Shown here: positions 8,266 to 16,702 of the stretch, one piece after another
Position numbering within the stretch: position 1 is the stretch's first letter
Layout of the letters: every line of letters starts with the position of its first letter
Virus record (IMG/VR): IMGVR_UViG_3300027720_000196
Coordinates: 1 to 35,648 of that record
Direction: 5' to 3' (one strand)
Length of the DNA: 35,648 bases
Source: a virus
Taxonomy: Duplodnaviria > Caudoviricetes
The notes under the pieces: model-generated
Databases searched by the model: none
Told to the model about the DNA's origin: nothing
Seen by the model: the letters and a program-made list of their open reading frames with translations, nothing else
Position numbers and translations under genes: made by a program

Positions 8266-8671
8266 TTTCTCCTTTAATTGATTCCCACATTCTGTATTTA
8301 GAAAGTTCTATCATGTACTCATCATACAGTTTCTTTAGTTTCGGATGCTTACGTTCAAGTATAGCATCTCTTTCAGGAATTTGCAATACTTTTTCAATTA
8401 TATCCAACCGTTCTTCCAAGTCTCGCCCATTAATAACCACTCGACCTTTGACTTCTAATTCTGGTGGACTTTGATTAACCTTGAGTACAGTGTCATTTGA
8501 ATTAGACCAACTTGTGCCGTTAGACCCACTTGTTAAAAAAGCACCAGTGGTATTAGTGGGATAAACAGTTCCAACTGTTAGTGGAGTTGCTGGCGGAATA
8601 GCACCATATCCAACACTCACTGTACTGCCAACGAGGCCATTACTGACGGCGTTCTTCAAGATAGTGGTCAT
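8252..8671 (-). CDS. Hypothetical S/T/G-rich protein with helical C-terminus
   Basis: Likely start ATG 8671 (MTTILKN); C-terminus LEERL..IE..L...KHPKLKKLYDEY. Confidence 0.65.
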   Translation of the reverse strand: MTTILKNAVSNGLVGSTVSVGYGAIPPATPLTVGTVYPTNTTGAFLTSGSNGTSWSNSNDTVLKVNQSPPELEVKGRVVINGRDLEERLDIIEKVLQIPERDAILERKHPKLKKLYDEYMIELSKYRMWESIKGENDVA

Positions 8672-9110
8672 TGTGTATCCATTTGTTATTAACGAGAAAT
8701 CCCCACTCCCGACGTTGTGGGCCAGGCATAAACAGCGTCCACGGTGTAACACCCGGTTTCAGTTCAATACGATGATAACTAGAAGGACTACAAATACGAA
8801 AGTGTCCAGGTCCACGCCAATGCTTGGTCTCACTGAGCATTTTGCCGTATTCAAAATTAGGAGTGTATTCGTAATAGCCACCTGCCAGTATCAATGTGGC
8901 ATAGGACCAAGGGTGATCATGCACATCTCCAGGATCTCCTTTGTGGAACTTGTGCAAGAACACATTAAACGGAAAATGTTTACGATCCTTTAAAAACAAA
9001 TAGTAGCGTGTTAGCAAAGGCTCGTTGCATTGACGATCCATAATAATACGCTTTCGGTCCCGTTGGTCCAGCCAATTAAGGACGCGGTCTCTTATCTTCT
9101 GGAGTGTCAT
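8640..9110 (-). CDS. Cupin (RmlC-like) fold protein
   Basis: Metal-binding cupin pattern VHDHPW, GGYYE, YHRIEL, WTLF..G...REWGF. Confidence 0.75.
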   Translation of the reverse strand: MTLQKIRDRVLNWLDQRDRKRIIMDRQCNEPLLTRYYLFLKDRKHFPFNVFLHKFHKGDPGDVHDHPWSYATLILAGGYYEYTPNFEYGKMLSETKHWRGPGHFRICSPSSYHRIELKPGVTPWTLFMPGPQRREWGFLVNNKWIHNDHYLEERRQ

Positions 9111-9483
9111 AATGATCTTTCACAAGTTTATAAACAGTTTTAAATTTTTCTAATGCTATTTTTAAGCCCGGATATTCCTCGCACATTTTTTGTACACGAT
9201 CAAAATCTGGAAATTGATTAACCCATTCTTCGGGCAACTGTATTTTAAATGTTGATGTGTCAATGTTTGACGAACTAGTCAGGGATGGAATACTTGTTGC
9301 AATTGATATTGCACCAATTGCATTGCCGTTACCATATGTGTATGATGGTGATGATACATACGTTATACTATTGCTAGTATTGAAAGAACTAAAATCAATA
9401 GTGTCCGTACCACTAATGGTTATAGTGTCTATTGTACTACTTGATATTGTTGAGCAACTCGTGTGCTGAGAAGTAGTTGTCAC
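9076..9483 (-). CDS. Hypothetical S/T-rich protein
   Basis: GTG at 9483 with GGAG 7 nt upstream; C-terminus MCEEYPGLKIALEKFKTVY. Confidence 0.65.
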   Translation of the reverse strand: MTTTSQHTSCSTISSSTIDTITISGTDTIDFSSFNTSNSITYVSSPSYTYGNGNAIGAISIATSIPSLTSSSNIDTSTFKIQLPEEWVNQFPDFDRVQKMCEEYPGLKIALEKFKTVYKLVKDHYDTPEDKRPRP

Positions 9484-10531
9484 GTAAAGACTCCGTTTGT
9501 TTGTGCAGCATAGGAAGTCTAGTTTTGTAATTTTCCATATGCTCAATTATTGTTTTGCAAATAAAAGGCCTGTATCTGTTATAAGCTTCAAAACTTTCAG
9601 TCCATTCGCTGGGATATTTAAATGTGTCAAACGCCATTTCACTATAGCTAAGTCTATCTGGCACCATGGGAATAGAATCCACAATAGCCCCTTCGTACCA
9701 ACTGATGCCAAGTGTTTCTTGCAAGTTGGCACTGAACACCATTTTAGATTCGCCCAACAAATTATGGTATTCGTTTTTTGTTAATTGCTGATCTTGACAA
9801 ACTACAAATTCATATTGCGGCAAATGCGTGGCCAAGTCTCGGAAAATATCAACTTGTTTCTCTGGAGCAATACGATGTGGAAACAAGATAAGATCACGTT
9901 TGGGCATGTGCTTGTACATGGCTAGCGTATCTTGCATATATTCCATGGGCCAACCGGTGCGCACAAATTTACCATTGTCATACCGTTCAGCAAAATCTTC
10001 TTCGTACCATGGGTTTTCTGAGATACATCCGTCGTGTAGTAATTCATCGATAAACAGTTTAACGTGGAATTCTGTAGCAAAGTAGTTGTGATCAAATGCA
10101 TGATAGAAACTCTTCTCAGCATGTCTCACCCAGGGTTTGTTACCAACCAGTCTGCCTAGGAAGTCTTGTGGATCATATGAACCAGCATGCCAAAGTCCGT
10201 GTGTAGTTACTGGAATACCCAATAACTCACTCATGTATTTTAAATTTATGATACCAGGATGCCAAGCATCAGTAAAGATAAAGTGATCCCCGGAATGAAC
10301 GGCTCCGTTACAAAATAAACGGCCCATCTGTTCCACTTGACTAGCCTTGTAGATATTAGTGCCGCCAAAGTTGAGAAATGCTCCAGGAGTGGTAGCACTA
10401 GGAATATCCGTAGGACCTGATATAATGTTGACATTGTGCCCTGCCTTTCGTAGTAGTGCAGGTACATGGGTCTTCCATTGACCCGTGTACCTTGTCTCAA
10501 CTGACTCTAAATCAATTAAGAAGATAGTCAT
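9437..10531 (-). CDS. Glycosyltransferase, GT-B fold (GT4/family-1-like)
   Basis: LILFPHRIAPEKQ and SANLQETLGISWYEGA..IPMVP match the GT-B C-terminal nucleotide-sugar binding pattern (E-x7-E). Confidence 0.82.
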   Translation of the reverse strand: MTIFLIDLESVETRYTGQWKTHVPALLRKAGHNVNIISGPTDIPSATTPGAFLNFGGTNIYKASQVEQMGRLFCNGAVHSGDHFIFTDAWHPGIINLKYMSELLGIPVTTHGLWHAGSYDPQDFLGRLVGNKPWVRHAEKSFYHAFDHNYFATEFHVKLFIDELLHDGCISENPWYEEDFAERYDNGKFVRTGWPMEYMQDTLAMYKHMPKRDLILFPHRIAPEKQVDIFRDLATHLPQYEFVVCQDQQLTKNEYHNLLGESKMVFSANLQETLGISWYEGAIVDSIPMVPDRLSYSEMAFDTFKYPSEWTESFEAYNRYRPFICKTIIEHMENYKTRLPMLHKQTESLRDNYFSAHELLNNIK

Positions 10532-10782
10532 TAGTTTTCGAATCGTTCGTGCTTGGGATTCTTACCCAAGTAAGGTTTACGTTCGCCTGTGTAGGCTTTC
10601 TTAGGACGACGACTCTTTTCAAAATTGCGCCACTGCCAACTTTCCCTATTGTACAAATCTGCTTCATCAAACGGCGCACCTTCAATTTTGCACCAATCCA
10701 AAAATCCTTCAAGGTCGTCAAAGATTTTGACGATGTCCGGGCGGGTTTCGAAATAACTGATATCTTTGTAATTCTTAGCCAT
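10531..10782 (-). CDS. Hypothetical protein (83 aa, basic C-terminus)
   Basis: GAGG SD; TAATG overlap with the glycosyltransferase gene. Confidence 0.7.
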   Translation of the reverse strand: MAKNYKDISYFETRPDIVKIFDDLEGFLDWCKIEGAPFDEADLYNRESWQWRNFEKSRRPKKAYTGERKPYLGKNPKHERFEN

Positions 10783-10794
10783 AATAGCCTCTTT

Positions 10795-11184
10795 TTAATA
10801 TTTAATAAACGAACCATTTTCCCCGTCTTCGGAGACCTCAATCCAAACCTCACGGTTGGGATACTTTTGTGAAATCTGTTGATATAAATCTCCAGACATC
10901 ATTTCACAACTTTTGTAGTCTAACGCTAGTATACTATCTTTGTAAAGATTTAGCAACCATCGTTTGAACTGAATAAACTCGATATCACGATCATCGTGGG
11001 TGACACCAATCCACACTTTAAAGTGAAAGATGTGACGATGTGGATAGCCTAGAAAACTTACGTCATATTCATCACCTGTTGCTAGATTAGGATCTGTAAG
11101 TGCTGCCGGATACTTGTGCATACCTTCTTTGTTAAAGGTAACCCAAATCATTTTGTTAGGTCTGATGTCTTGTTTAATAATCAT
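10795..11184 (-). CDS. QueD-like T-fold protein, DpdL-like (predicted CDG decarboxylase)
   Basis: LGYPHRHIF fits LxxxHRHxF instead of the QueD CxxxHGH motif; also DRDIEF, SCEMM, VSEDGENG. The DpdL motif is recalled from the phage deazaguanine literature. Confidence 0.7.
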   Translation of the reverse strand: MIIKQDIRPNKMIWVTFNKEGMHKYPAALTDPNLATGDEYDVSFLGYPHRHIFHFKVWIGVTHDDRDIEFIQFKRWLLNLYKDSILALDYKSCEMMSGDLYQQISQKYPNREVWIEVSEDGENGSFIKY

Positions 11185-11735
11185 TCGAATAAACTTCCAA
11201 AGTTGTTGTCTGCCGCACCTAGAATAGTTTTCATAGCAGAGTGCGGAATTCTGTATTGATAAGAGTTTTTTGTTTGACGTTCAAAATATCCCCACTTGGA
11301 TCCTCTAACATAATCTCCAGTGTGGCCTTTTTGAATTAATTTACGACCTTCTTCATAGCCTTCTTTAAGTTTTTCTTGAATATACGGATCTGTGAAATCG
11401 TAAATCTTAGCTTCTTTAATTACAGATTCGGTATCACTATAAGATACACGATACTGATTTTGGCATTTTTCTTTTAAAGAAGATTCGTCCCATGAGTTCT
11501 TTTTAATTTGCTCCACAGTGATAGAGCCAACTGTGTGTGCTGAAGTAGATTCTTCTTTTCGAGTTTTGACTTCTAAACCCTCTTCGGGAAGATCCACACC
11601 TTTGCCTGTGTTAAAATTGTGTCCTGCGCTGATCAAATCTCGTTGTATTTTTCGACCAACGTTGCCGTGTTGTTGTTTAGGTACAGTTTTACCTACAAGC
11701 GGTATTTTTAGTTTTGTAACTTTTGGCTTAGTCAT
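11181..11735 (-). CDS. PD-(D/E)xK endonuclease, MutH/Sau3AI-like
   Basis: GNVGRKIQ...GKGVDLPEEGLEVKT resembles the MutH-type D-x6-ExK active site. Confidence 0.6.
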   Translation of the reverse strand: MTKPKVTKLKIPLVGKTVPKQQHGNVGRKIQRDLISAGHNFNTGKGVDLPEEGLEVKTRKEESTSAHTVGSITVEQIKKNSWDESSLKEKCQNQYRVSYSDTESVIKEAKIYDFTDPYIQEKLKEGYEEGRKLIQKGHTGDYVRGSKWGYFERQTKNSYQYRIPHSAMKTILGAADNNFGSLFE

Positions 11736-12252
11736 TTGATTTAATTATCGGAGTGTCATTGACATATTGATCCCAGTGTGTATAAGTTTCCTTAGTCATC
11801 AGGCTCGGCAGATGATGAGTCCAAACTCCAGGGTTTGTTTTGCCCCAAGTTAGGTCATCAATTTTAAGAGTTGCATTGTAATTAAACAATTTGATATACG
11901 GAATCTTAACACTGATCATGGGCACAAATGTGTTGTGCTCTGTCCACCCGTCTTCGTGCATTTGATCTGCATATTTTACATCAAAGTCTAAACTGACCCA
12001 GTACTTTAAATTAAGCAAGGGTGTGATCATTGTGTCCCAAGACTTCCAGTCTTCATGTGTCGCCGGATTAAAACTTTGACTGGTTCCAAGATAGATATGT
12101 TTGCATTCGTTGGTGTCTGCAAGTTGCATGATTTGTTCTATGTCTTGAACGCCTACCACAAACAAAGTTTTCATACCATAACACACAGTATGCTCCACTT
12201 CGTCTCCAATGAAAAAATCAATTTGTTTTCGGGCTTCGGTGTTTAGTCCCAT
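11728..12252 (-). CDS. Hypothetical protein (174 aa) within the modification cluster
   Basis: Globular ORF (GDEVEHT..GMKTLFVVG, HIYLG, KIDD..WGKTNPGVW) coupled to its neighbours. Confidence 0.75.
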   Translation of the reverse strand: MGLNTEARKQIDFFIGDEVEHTVCYGMKTLFVVGVQDIEQIMQLADTNECKHIYLGTSQSFNPATHEDWKSWDTMITPLLNLKYWVSLDFDVKYADQMHEDGWTEHNTFVPMISVKIPYIKLFNYNATLKIDDLTWGKTNPGVWTHHLPSLMTKETYTHWDQYVNDTPIIKSND

Positions 12253-13121
12253 TTGATATAACCTCTACTGTAACCACTCGGACGATTAACGCCGTCCGCA
12301 AACGCTTGTTGCCACTCTATGTTTCTATTATATGCTCTTGTCCAAAAAGAATCAACCTCGAGATAGCCGTTTTCAATCATCCAAACAGCATCTTTCATGC
12401 ATTGATGAAAATTTGGATTGCGTGGGCTTGGTTTAATGGTAGTGACAGCTTTCCAAAGTTGCGCTTGTGCTTCTTCTTTACTCACTGTTTTACCAACTGC
12501 ATCAACAATCACAGCATTGTTATTTAGATTTATATCTGTACCTAAAGCATATTTGCCACTTAGGTCGATCACTACATCATAACTTTCACTAGTACCAAGT
12601 AACAGTTTGTCTCCCCATAGGTCAACATTACTAGATCCTACAACATCTACATTTTCACAATGTTTAAATTTGGTCAATGTGTGATAAGCCACCCATGCTA
12701 GAAATCCACTGCCAATAATCAGTATTTTATCTTTTTTAGAACAATCAGCAACATCCACTGTATTAATACCGCAAGCAACTGGCTCAATAATGTAGCGTGG
12801 ATGAGCTTCGGGCACCCTTACGTATTCATTTCTACGTACATTATAAATGTCTGCATATGCTGGCTCACCGCGAGTAGCCACATAGTCTCCTTTGGCAATT
12901 CCTGTAACATTCAATCCAATTTTAATTACTCTGCCAAGACCTTCATGTCCTTGCATGTGCAACGGCAATGGACCAAAGTTTCCATTCATCATGTCGATGT
13001 CACTGCGACACACACCAGTCATAACCGCTTGTACTTCAATGTCGTCGAGGCCTATTTCTGGTTTGTTGTATTCTACTTCTTCAAAGAAGCCTTGCCCTGT
13101 TGTTTGTAAACAGCGTGTCAT
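12243..13121 (-). CDS. Zn-dependent medium-chain (polyol/threonine DH-like) dehydrogenase
   Basis: GVCRSD, GHEG, IEPVAC, Rossmann IIGSGFLA; lacks the 4-Cys structural Zn lobe. Confidence 0.88.
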   Translation of the reverse strand: MTRCLQTTGQGFFEEVEYNKPEIGLDDIEVQAVMTGVCRSDIDMMNGNFGPLPLHMQGHEGLGRVIKIGLNVTGIAKGDYVATRGEPAYADIYNVRRNEYVRVPEAHPRYIIEPVACGINTVDVADCSKKDKILIIGSGFLAWVAYHTLTKFKHCENVDVVGSSNVDLWGDKLLLGTSESYDVVIDLSGKYALGTDINLNNNAVIVDAVGKTVSKEEAQAQLWKAVTTIKPSPRNPNFHQCMKDAVWMIENGYLEVDSFWTRAYNRNIEWQQAFADGVNRPSGYSRGYIKWD

Positions 13122-14002
13122 AAATTTTCTATTCTTTCATGGATCCAAGTATCAATTGCATATTGCTTTAACCAAAACTCAGAATTATCAATATTATCTA
13201 TAGCATCAACAATCATATTGTGATACGCTTCTTCTGGGCACCATCCTAAATCAAATTGTTCTATTGTATTATCTGGCATAACAAACATAATGGAACTGTC
13301 TTCCTCAGTCAAGCTACGCCAATTAGCCGCACATCGCCATTTGTCACCAAAGTTGATTACACATACATCATCAACATCGTATGTGCCATTGGGATTAACA
13401 AATCCATAGTCAGTACTGTCGATGTCTTTTAATTCCCAACATTGCATTGCAGATTGGCCAGACACAGGTTCACGTTTCCAATTAGGATTCATGGCCACAT
13501 ACAAACTCAACAAGTGTGGCATTAAATCTCTACTAACACCTCCAAACGCCAACTTCTTAGTTGTGAACCAACTACCTGGACTAGGAATACAGTTCTTTCT
13601 AATCCACCGTATCTTTACAGTCTTGGCTTTGCTGGCTAGTTCAGTCAGCTCAGTTATATTACTACGCCACATGTTGTTTTTAACCATTATGAAGCGTGTT
13701 TGTTTGAATTCAGTTACTAGTTTAGCCCAAGTGTCACTAACAGCAACTCCGGGTTTTTCAATAAACACAATTTTACTATGCGGAGCAACTCTAGCCGCAA
13801 TTTCAAAATGTGTAAAGTTGGGAGTGCAGATATGAACAGTGTCAAACAATCCGTGTATCAGTAATGCTTTATCAACAGAATCAAAATCTGCACCTTTGCT
13901 GATATCTTGGTCCACTGTAACAACTGTGTGACCAAGTTTTGTCAGCACATCTTTATACAGGTTACCAATACCCATGCCAATGACTAGACTACGCTTGTTC
14001 AT
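13118..14002 (-). CDS. Gfo/Idh/MocA-family NAD(P)-dependent oxidoreductase
   Basis: VIGMGIG, VHICTPNFTH, VFIEKP, SWF....AFGG..RDLMPH; likely start ATG 14002. Confidence 0.88.
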   Translation of the reverse strand: MNKRSLVIGMGIGNLYKDVLTKLGHTVVTVDQDISKGADFDSVDKALLIHGLFDTVHICTPNFTHFEIAARVAPHSKIVFIEKPGVAVSDTWAKLVTEFKQTRFIMVKNNMWRSNITELTELASKAKTVKIRWIRKNCIPSPGSWFTTKKLAFGGVSRDLMPHLLSLYVAMNPNWKREPVSGQSAMQCWELKDIDSTDYGFVNPNGTYDVDDVCVINFGDKWRCAANWRSLTEEDSSIMFVMPDNTIEQFDLGWCPEEAYHNMIVDAIDNIDNSEFWLKQYAIDTWIHERIENL

Positions 14003-14243
14003 TTTTCTTTTCCTCATAGGATCTAAACATGCGAGTTACTGCTTCCATTTGTTCTTGGAATACATCGGGACAGTTTTCAGCGGCCTGTTTCATATCCCAG
14101 TCGCTAGGATAGTGCCTCAGCATACTTCTCGCTGTTTCTCGAACTAATTTGGGTACTCTGGGTGTATGCTCAGAATTACAAAGATCCAATAAGAATCTCC
14201 GTGTAGCTAAAACAGCACGATATCTTTCATCAGGTAACGTCAT
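13989..14243 (-). CDS. Hypothetical protein (MTLPDER...LRHYP type, 84 aa)
   Basis: Clean ORF with a recurrent phage small-protein pattern. Confidence 0.7.
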   Translation of the reverse strand: MTLPDERYRAVLATRRFLLDLCNSEHTPRVPKLVRETARSMLRHYPSDWDMKQAAENCPDVFQEQMEAVTRMFRSYEEKKNEQA

Positions 14244-15924
14244 GTATACTTGCCTCTAATGCATCTAATTTATCAGTATCAAAATCTTCTTCATCTTCCG
14301 ATTGTACACTATCCGCACCCACTTCTTCGAACAATTCGGAGAATTTTCCGCTGGCATTAACTGTTTTCTTGCCAGTGGCACCACGAGTGCCAGGAATGGC
14401 TTGCCAAAATTTATCAAAGCCGTCGATAATTGCCAGTGCTGTTTCTCTATCCGATGCACTGAAAATAGCATCAACTACATCTTTGAAATAAACACGTTCA
14501 AATTTTTCATCTACCAACATTGCAGGACATAGACCAGCATCGTATTGACGATTGGCTTCTTGTACACTGTTCAAATGCAACCAAACATTGTGACCCATCA
14601 TGATTGCGTATGTAAAACTGTCCCAACTGGTCTTGCCTTCTTTGCCAATCTTATTCAAATCTCCTGGACCGTAGATGCAGATATCTTTAACTTGAACACC
14701 GTCCATTAATGGACTAGTGGTAAACGATTCAAAATGTTTGTCTTGCACCACTACATCTTGGAAGAGTCGTGTGTCTTTGCTGTATTTTTTGTTGTCAAGA
14801 GACGGCAACATCCGGTAAAGCCACTTTTGTCTGTCTTCAATTTCTGTTTGGACATAGATTTGTCCGTTTGCTGTGGCGAGGAAGGGACTTGCGCAGTCAA
14901 AAGATATGGTAAAGTTTTCATTATGATATTTCCTAATAGCTCGTTGTATGTCAGTTAATAACAATGCCCACTCTAACTTAGAGGTGCCCAGGAAGTGCAT
15001 CCAGTCTTGATGACCTTTTTCAAGAAGTCCATCAAACTTCAGTGCCACTAATCTACGTAACACTAGATCAACGTCGCACATGTTTTGTCCACCCATGGCC
15101 CATCCGTTGAAAGGTTTATCATATTTTGTTGGATCGCAGAAGTCTTTCATCTGCTGATACCAGTCGTCTGCTTGTGCGTGATTTTCACCTTGTAACACAT
15201 TTAAAAACTTACAAGCACCTGTGCGATGCTTAATAAAGTATTCATTGTTATACTTGGTTGCTGCTACTGCTTGAGGATAATCCCCAACACCGCTGTTCTT
15301 AGCACCCACAGGACTACGACCGACCCATGCTGGAATATCAAGAACCATGCCATAGTCCATGAGCGCATCCATCCATGCCAACACTTGTCCACGTTTTTTT
15401 TGAGCCGCATCCAGTTTGGCCTGGTAGATTTTCACGTGATCAATTTTGTTATATTTTGGATTGCCATTTTTGTCAGTCTTGGGATGCCCAGTGGGATGTA
15501 ATTGTGGTACTAATTCTACACCCTTGGCTACAGCTTCAGCCATGCGTTGTGCAACTACTGGTCCTGCCGGATCATTCCACTCACCTTCCCACACTCCTTT
15601 ACCAATCTGGAAACCACCTGAATCACCCAGTACCCAACTAGTACTACGATCTCTATTCCGAAACATGTCTTCGCTTGGATCGGGTTTAGACAAATCCAAG
15701 TTGGCATGCCCTGCTGAATACAAACAATGGTCAAAGTAGAATGCCGCATTGGGATTCAAATAGTTCATAGCTTCGATACCTAGTGGACCAAAACTCGCAG
15801 GAATGCGAGCTGGGTCCACATAGTTACTGTAACGTTGCTTGCCTATATACGTGCTGTAAAAGCCTGACGTTGCCGGCAGGAAATACGCATAATCGCTTTG
15901 AGCTGCTGTCAGGTTTTTATTCAT
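14230..15924 (-). CDS. dpdA: DpdA-like DNA guanine transglycosylase (TGT fold)
   Basis: TGT motifs GDSGGFQ, MVLDIP, NVLQG, GWAMGG, HFLG, SFDCASP. Lacks the CxCxxC Zn site of tRNA TGT; co-located with folE, queE and replication genes. Confidence 0.8.
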   Translation of the reverse strand: MNKNLTAAQSDYAYFLPATSGFYSTYIGKQRYSNYVDPARIPASFGPLGIEAMNYLNPNAAFYFDHCLYSAGHANLDLSKPDPSEDMFRNRDRSTSWVLGDSGGFQIGKGVWEGEWNDPAGPVVAQRMAEAVAKGVELVPQLHPTGHPKTDKNGNPKYNKIDHVKIYQAKLDAAQKKRGQVLAWMDALMDYGMVLDIPAWVGRSPVGAKNSGVGDYPQAVAATKYNNEYFIKHRTGACKFLNVLQGENHAQADDWYQQMKDFCDPTKYDKPFNGWAMGGQNMCDVDLVLRRLVALKFDGLLEKGHQDWMHFLGTSKLEWALLLTDIQRAIRKYHNENFTISFDCASPFLATANGQIYVQTEIEDRQKWLYRMLPSLDNKKYSKDTRLFQDVVVQDKHFESFTTSPLMDGVQVKDICIYGPGDLNKIGKEGKTSWDSFTYAIMMGHNVWLHLNSVQEANRQYDAGLCPAMLVDEKFERVYFKDVVDAIFSASDRETALAIIDGFDKFWQAIPGTRGATGKKTVNASGKFSELFEEVGADSVQSEDEEDFDTDKLDALEASIHDVT

Positions 15925-16655
15925 TATTTAGATTGTGCTGGCAAAATGTAGTCGTACACAGTAACGCCACTGTCAACTGTGATGTTTAATGCACCTGCAT
16001 CAGCAATACGCATAGAAACATCGCCGGGCAAGTTCAAAATACTCTGAACCGCTGTGACAGGCCACGACCATGTTTGTTTTAATTTGCCATTTACGCCTGC
16101 TTGGAACACAAAGTTACCAGCGTGTGTGCTTGCATCACCAAAGCTAAACACTAGGTTACCATCTTTGGTAGATACCTGGAATGTTTTTTCATCACTGTGT
16201 GCTGCACTTTGGAATTTAAACTTTTGTATACTGGCCATTGTGGGTTTGAAATCAATGTCCCATGCTGCGCCTTTGAACTTAACAGTTTTCAACTTTTCGT
16301 TGATAATGTCTTGATTCATAAAACGATAGTCGTTTTCAAAATCGCCTGCACCGTTTTGGAAATGCAAACCTGTTGGAATTGTTTCACCATTACGTTCTTG
16401 CTTAACTACTTTAATAGTAAAGTTTTCTTTATATTCTGGGCACTTGAGAATAATGTCTAGCCTGTTAAGGTTAGGCATACCAAAGGTACCTTCAAAATCT
16501 TCCACTGGCGCTTTGGCTTTTGCTGTTAAGATAACGCTACGGTCCTCAGCCATTGATTCGATTAACGCTTCTTTTTCTGTTGCACTAATTTTAACTAGTG
16601 GCAAAAAGCCTAAGTTATGTGTGTGTGCTACTAGGTCTTGTAAAAAGTCTTTCAT
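15924..16655 (-). CDS. Putative DNA polymerase sliding clamp (gp45/PCNA-like)
   Basis: 243 aa beta-rich protein ending YDYILPAQ, near the polymerase; GGAG SD before ATG 16655. Fold inferred, not searched. Confidence 0.7.
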   Translation of the reverse strand: MKDFLQDLVAHTHNLGFLPLVKISATEKEALIESMAEDRSVILTAKAKAPVEDFEGTFGMPNLNRLDIILKCPEYKENFTIKVVKQERNGETIPTGLHFQNGAGDFENDYRFMNQDIINEKLKTVKFKGAAWDIDFKPTMASIQKFKFQSAAHSDEKTFQVSTKDGNLVFSFGDASTHAGNFVFQAGVNGKLKQTWSWPVTAVQSILNLPGDVSMRIADAGALNITVDSGVTVYDYILPAQSK

Positions 16656-16673
16656 ATTGTTCTCCATGTTTAT

Positions 16674-16702
16674 AGTATATAGGTTTTTTGTGACTATGTC
16701 AA
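16674..16702 (-). promoter_or_regulatory. Sigma70-type promoter TTGACA-N17-TATACT
   Basis: Hexamers at 16702-16697 and 16679-16674, upstream of clamp-dpdA. Confidence 0.85.

Noticed and set aside
10512-10853. 113-aa minus-strand ORF and similar nested same-strand ORFs (e.g. 3342-3686, 23488-23712, 27130-27459, 30152-30475)
   Set aside because: Out-of-frame overlaps of better-supported genes.
14230-15924. Calling the TGT-fold protein a tRNA-guanine transglycosylase
   Set aside because: It lacks the CxCxxC Zn site, is much longer, and is coupled to the clamp; a DNA-acting DpdA fits better, though this is unproven.
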